Source of the DNA: a virus
DNA length: 64,000 nucleotides
Strand: one strand, 5' to 3'
Virus record (IMG/VR): IMGVR_UViG_3300032304_001060
Span: 30,729 to 94,728 of that record
Numbering within the stretch: the first letter of the stretch is position 1; every line of letters starts with the position of its first letter. Of this stretch, positions 61,734-64,000 are shown piece after piece. The notes under the pieces were generated by a model. The model was not told the origin of the DNA, did no database searches, and was given only the letters and a program-made list of their open reading frames with translations. The position numbers were made by a program, and so were the translations under genes.

Positions 61734-62657
61734 TTAGTAGTAAAGATAAAGTACGCCGTTACCACCAGTGCCGCCTGTTCCTGAATTGTTTGCGGCTCCA
61801 CCACCGCCACCACCATCTCCGCCGTTACCGCCGTTGTTTCCTGAACCAGCAGCACCTACTCCTATGTAGCCACCGCCACCGCCGCCTGCGCCTGCGGTTA
61901 ATCCTGATGCAACTGTTGAACCTGCACCGCCGTTAAACAAGTCTCCGTTACCGCCAGCACCACCTGTTAAGGCTCCAAGTGGTAGTGCGTTGTTGTTGTA
62001 AGCACCACCGCCCCCGCCAGCAATTAAACCTCTACCACCAGCACCACCTGTTGCAGTGTTTGTAGAACTTGTTTGTAAGGCTGCAGCGCCACCTGAACTT
62101 GATACACCAGCAGCACCTGCACTGGCAGTAAAAGAATTTGCGCTACTTGATGCACTTGGTCCACCAGCACCATAACCTATGGTTCCACCTACTGCTGCGG
62201 CAGCCGATGGCGCACCTGTGTAACTAATTCCACTTGCTGAAGCACTTGGTGCAGCACCAACAGCAGATAATGCACCGCCACCGCCTGCGCCGCCCATTAC
62301 TGTGGCAGTTCCATTTGCAGTTCCAGAGCCACCTGCACCACCGCCTGCAAAAACCATCCCATAAACAGTTTCGCCACCGCGTGAACCATTGGATACGGAA
62401 CCGCCAACACCACCTGCACCTACAGTGCAAGTGTTGGTTACGTAAGTCCAGCCAGCAGAATAACCACCAGCCCCACCGCCACCACCTGCTCCCGTTGCAG
62501 AACCGCCACCACCACCACCTGCAATGCAAACTGCATATACACGTTTGATTTCAGCAGGAATTCCAGTAACTGAACCTGATGAGGTGATAGTTTGTTGTAG
62601 TTTTAATCCCAATGGAACATCAGAAAAAGATGAATTGGTGTTTATTGTTGCACTCAT
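61734..62657 (-). CDS. glycine-rich adhesin/fibre protein, copy A2
   Basis: N-terminus nearly identical to A1; C-terminal GVLYLYY. Confidence 0.85.
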   Translation of the reverse strand: MSATINTNSSFSDVPLGLKLQQTITSSGSVTGIPAEIKRVYAVCIAGGGGGGSATGAGGGGGAGGYSAGWTYVTNTCTVGAGGVGGSVSNGSRGGETVYGMVFAGGGAGGSGTANGTATVMGGAGGGGALSAVGAAPSASASGISYTGAPSAAAAVGGTIGYGAGGPSASSSANSFTASAGAAGVSSSGGAAALQTSSTNTATGGAGGRGLIAGGGGGAYNNNALPLGALTGGAGGNGDLFNGGAGSTVASGLTAGAGGGGGGYIGVGAAGSGNNGGNGGDGGGGGGAANNSGTGGTGGNGVLYLYY

Positions 62658-62669
62658 AATAGTTCCATT

Positions 62670-63521
62670 CTAATAGAAAATGTAAAGTATGCCTGCGCCG
62701 CCAGTGCCAGGTGCAGATGAGCCGTGTCCACCACCACCACCACCACCACCCAAACCACCATCGCCACCAGTAAATCCCGAAGCATTAGAGCCGTTACCTG
62801 CAATACCCGCACCACCACCGCCTGAGGTATTTGATGATGGGCTTGTAGAGCCCGTTCCACCTGTGTAAATAGTTCCATCTATACCAATGCCGTTACCACC
62901 GTTACCGCCTGTGCGTGTTCCTGTAGTAGTAGATGCAATTCCACCACCGCCACCAGCAAGACCAGAACCACCATTGCCACCAATGTTTGTTCCAGAACCT
63001 GCGGTGCCATTAGGCGCACCACCACCACCTGAAATACCGTTGCCACCATTAGCACCAGAAGTACCAGTTGCACCACCTGCGCCAGAGCCAACATTGTTGG
63101 AAGCGCCACCAGGAATACCCCAATAATTAGTTCCACCAGCACCGCTATTGCCACCCGCGCCCAGTGTGCCACTATCACCTGCGCCAGCAATGATGTGACC
63201 ATAGCGTGTGTATCCTGCAGAACTTCCATTAGGAACTCCACCTGCACCAATGATGCAAGAAGATTGTGGGATAGTCCAACCCCAAGAGATACCACCTGCG
63301 CCACCACCGTTGCCTTGATTCACGCCTCTTTGACCACCACCAGTCAGAATGACATAGACAAATGGAATATCAGCGGGAATTGTTACCGCACCCGATGAAG
63401 TAATTGTTTGGCGTAGTTGTAAACCAAATGGAACTGCAAAAGATGTTTGTGCAATAGGAGTAGAAGAATTATTCCAATTTAAAACCTGCCCCGTTGGGCG
63501 TTTATTTAATGGGTTTGACAT
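62670..63521 (-). CDS. glycine-rich adhesin/fibre protein, copy B1
   Basis: GLQLRQTITSSG, polyGly motifs; C-terminal GILYIFY. Confidence 0.85.
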   Translation of the reverse strand: MSNPLNKRPTGQVLNWNNSSTPIAQTSFAVPFGLQLRQTITSSGAVTIPADIPFVYVILTGGGQRGVNQGNGGGAGGISWGWTIPQSSCIIGAGGVPNGSSAGYTRYGHIIAGAGDSGTLGAGGNSGAGGTNYWGIPGGASNNVGSGAGGATGTSGANGGNGISGGGGAPNGTAGSGTNIGGNGGSGLAGGGGGIASTTTGTRTGGNGGNGIGIDGTIYTGGTGSTSPSSNTSGGGGAGIAGNGSNASGFTGGDGGLGGGGGGGGHGSSAPGTGGAGILYIFY

Positions 63522-63529
63522 TTGCTCTC

Positions 63530-64000
63530 CTAGTAAAAAATGTAAAGTATGCCTGCGCCGCCAGTACCGCCCGTGCCACCACCCGAACCACCACCACCAC
63601 CGCCGCCAAGCCCACCAGTGCCACCTAAAGTGGTTGAAGCGCTAGAACCATTAGCAGCGATACCAGCGCCACCGCCACCGCCACCGTTTGTTGAAGTACC
63701 AGTTGTTCCTGTACCACCCGTATAAATAGTTCCATCAATACCTAAACCGTTACCACCATTACCGCCTGTACGTGTACCTGTGCTTCCTAGTGCGCCGCCA
63801 CCACCGCCACCGACTAAGCCTGAGCCACCATTACCGCCCGTATTTGTTCCAGTGCCACCTGCATTTGAGCGCCCAGCACCGCCACCTGAAATACCATTAC
63901 CACCATTACCACCAACAGAATTGAGTGTTGTGTTAGCGCTACCACCGCCACCACCAGCACCAGCAGTTCCACTTACGTTAGCGCTTGCACTAGCCGCGCC
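63530..64000 (-). CDS. glycine-rich adhesin/fibre protein, copy B2 (5' end outside window)
   Basis: Gly-rich frame ending GAGILYIFY-TAG; shares GIDGTIYTGG with B1. Confidence 0.8.
   Translation of the reverse strand, partial: GAASASANVSGTAGAGGGGGSANTTLNSVGGNGGNGISGGGAGRSNAGGTGTNTGGNGGSGLVGGGGGGALGSTGTRTGGNGGNGLGIDGTIYTGGTGTTGTSTNGGGGGGAGIAANGSSASTTLGGTGGLGGGGGGGSGGGTGGTGGAGILYIFY

Noticed and set aside
61089-62529. Trp/Arg-rich ORFs resembling antimicrobial peptides
   Set aside because: Frame-shifted readings of GGT/GGC glycine codons in the adhesin genes.
60827-64000. Diversity-generating retroelement or invertible shufflon behind the repeated adhesin genes
   Set aside because: No reverse transcriptase in the window, differences are not adenine-specific, and all copies are full co-oriented genes without inverted crossover sites.
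1-64000. tRNA, rRNA, introns, inteins, IS elements
   Set aside because: None recognised by eye; nrdJ, polA, recA and dnaB appear uninterrupted. A tRNAscan/Infernal run would be needed to exclude them formally.

Overview
This 64-kb window is part of a large tailed bacteriophage genome, most likely a myovirus of Actinobacteria. Host evidence: two WhiB genes, leaderless TAnnnT-N6/7-start promoters, and actinophage-type replication and tail genes. No rRNA, tRNA or CRISPR array was seen. Layout: (1) a + strand early arm (1-9.3 kb) opening with a complete type II hammerhead ribozyme, then a MoxR/CobS-like AAA ATPase plus VWA partner, many tiny ORFs, WhiB, an AlpA-like HTH, a tyrosine integrase and a secreted lytic transglycosylase; (2) a - strand arm with class II RNR, an NTase/HAD/TGT-like trio, a block of small unknown genes, SpoVS, and a recombination/replication set (RuvC, Cas4-like nuclease, RecA, PolA, SSB, SNF2, primase, DnaB, DnaC-like loader, initiator); (3) contractile tail and baseplate genes; (4) small very basic proteins plus one very acidic protein; (5) a virion-decoration region. 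The best candidate for an undescribed system is at 54.8-60.5 kb. An Fn3 protein with 53 consecutive prolines is followed by a perfect 15-bp hairpin and then by a prolyl-4-hydroxylase-like 2OG-Fe(II) oxygenase, a GT60 (Skp1 hydroxyproline GlcNAc-transferase-like) glycosyltransferase and a DUF6065-like protein. A beta-propeller GH130/GT91-like enzyme and a TPR protein lie upstream. Together these suggest a phage-encoded hydroxyproline O-glycosylation pathway. Other notable signals: a UUU-CGA +1 frameshift candidate in the tail chaperone, a tandem array of at least 4 glycine-rich adhesin-like genes, and GATC enrichment in the early arm. All family calls come from recognising motifs by eye; no database search was run.
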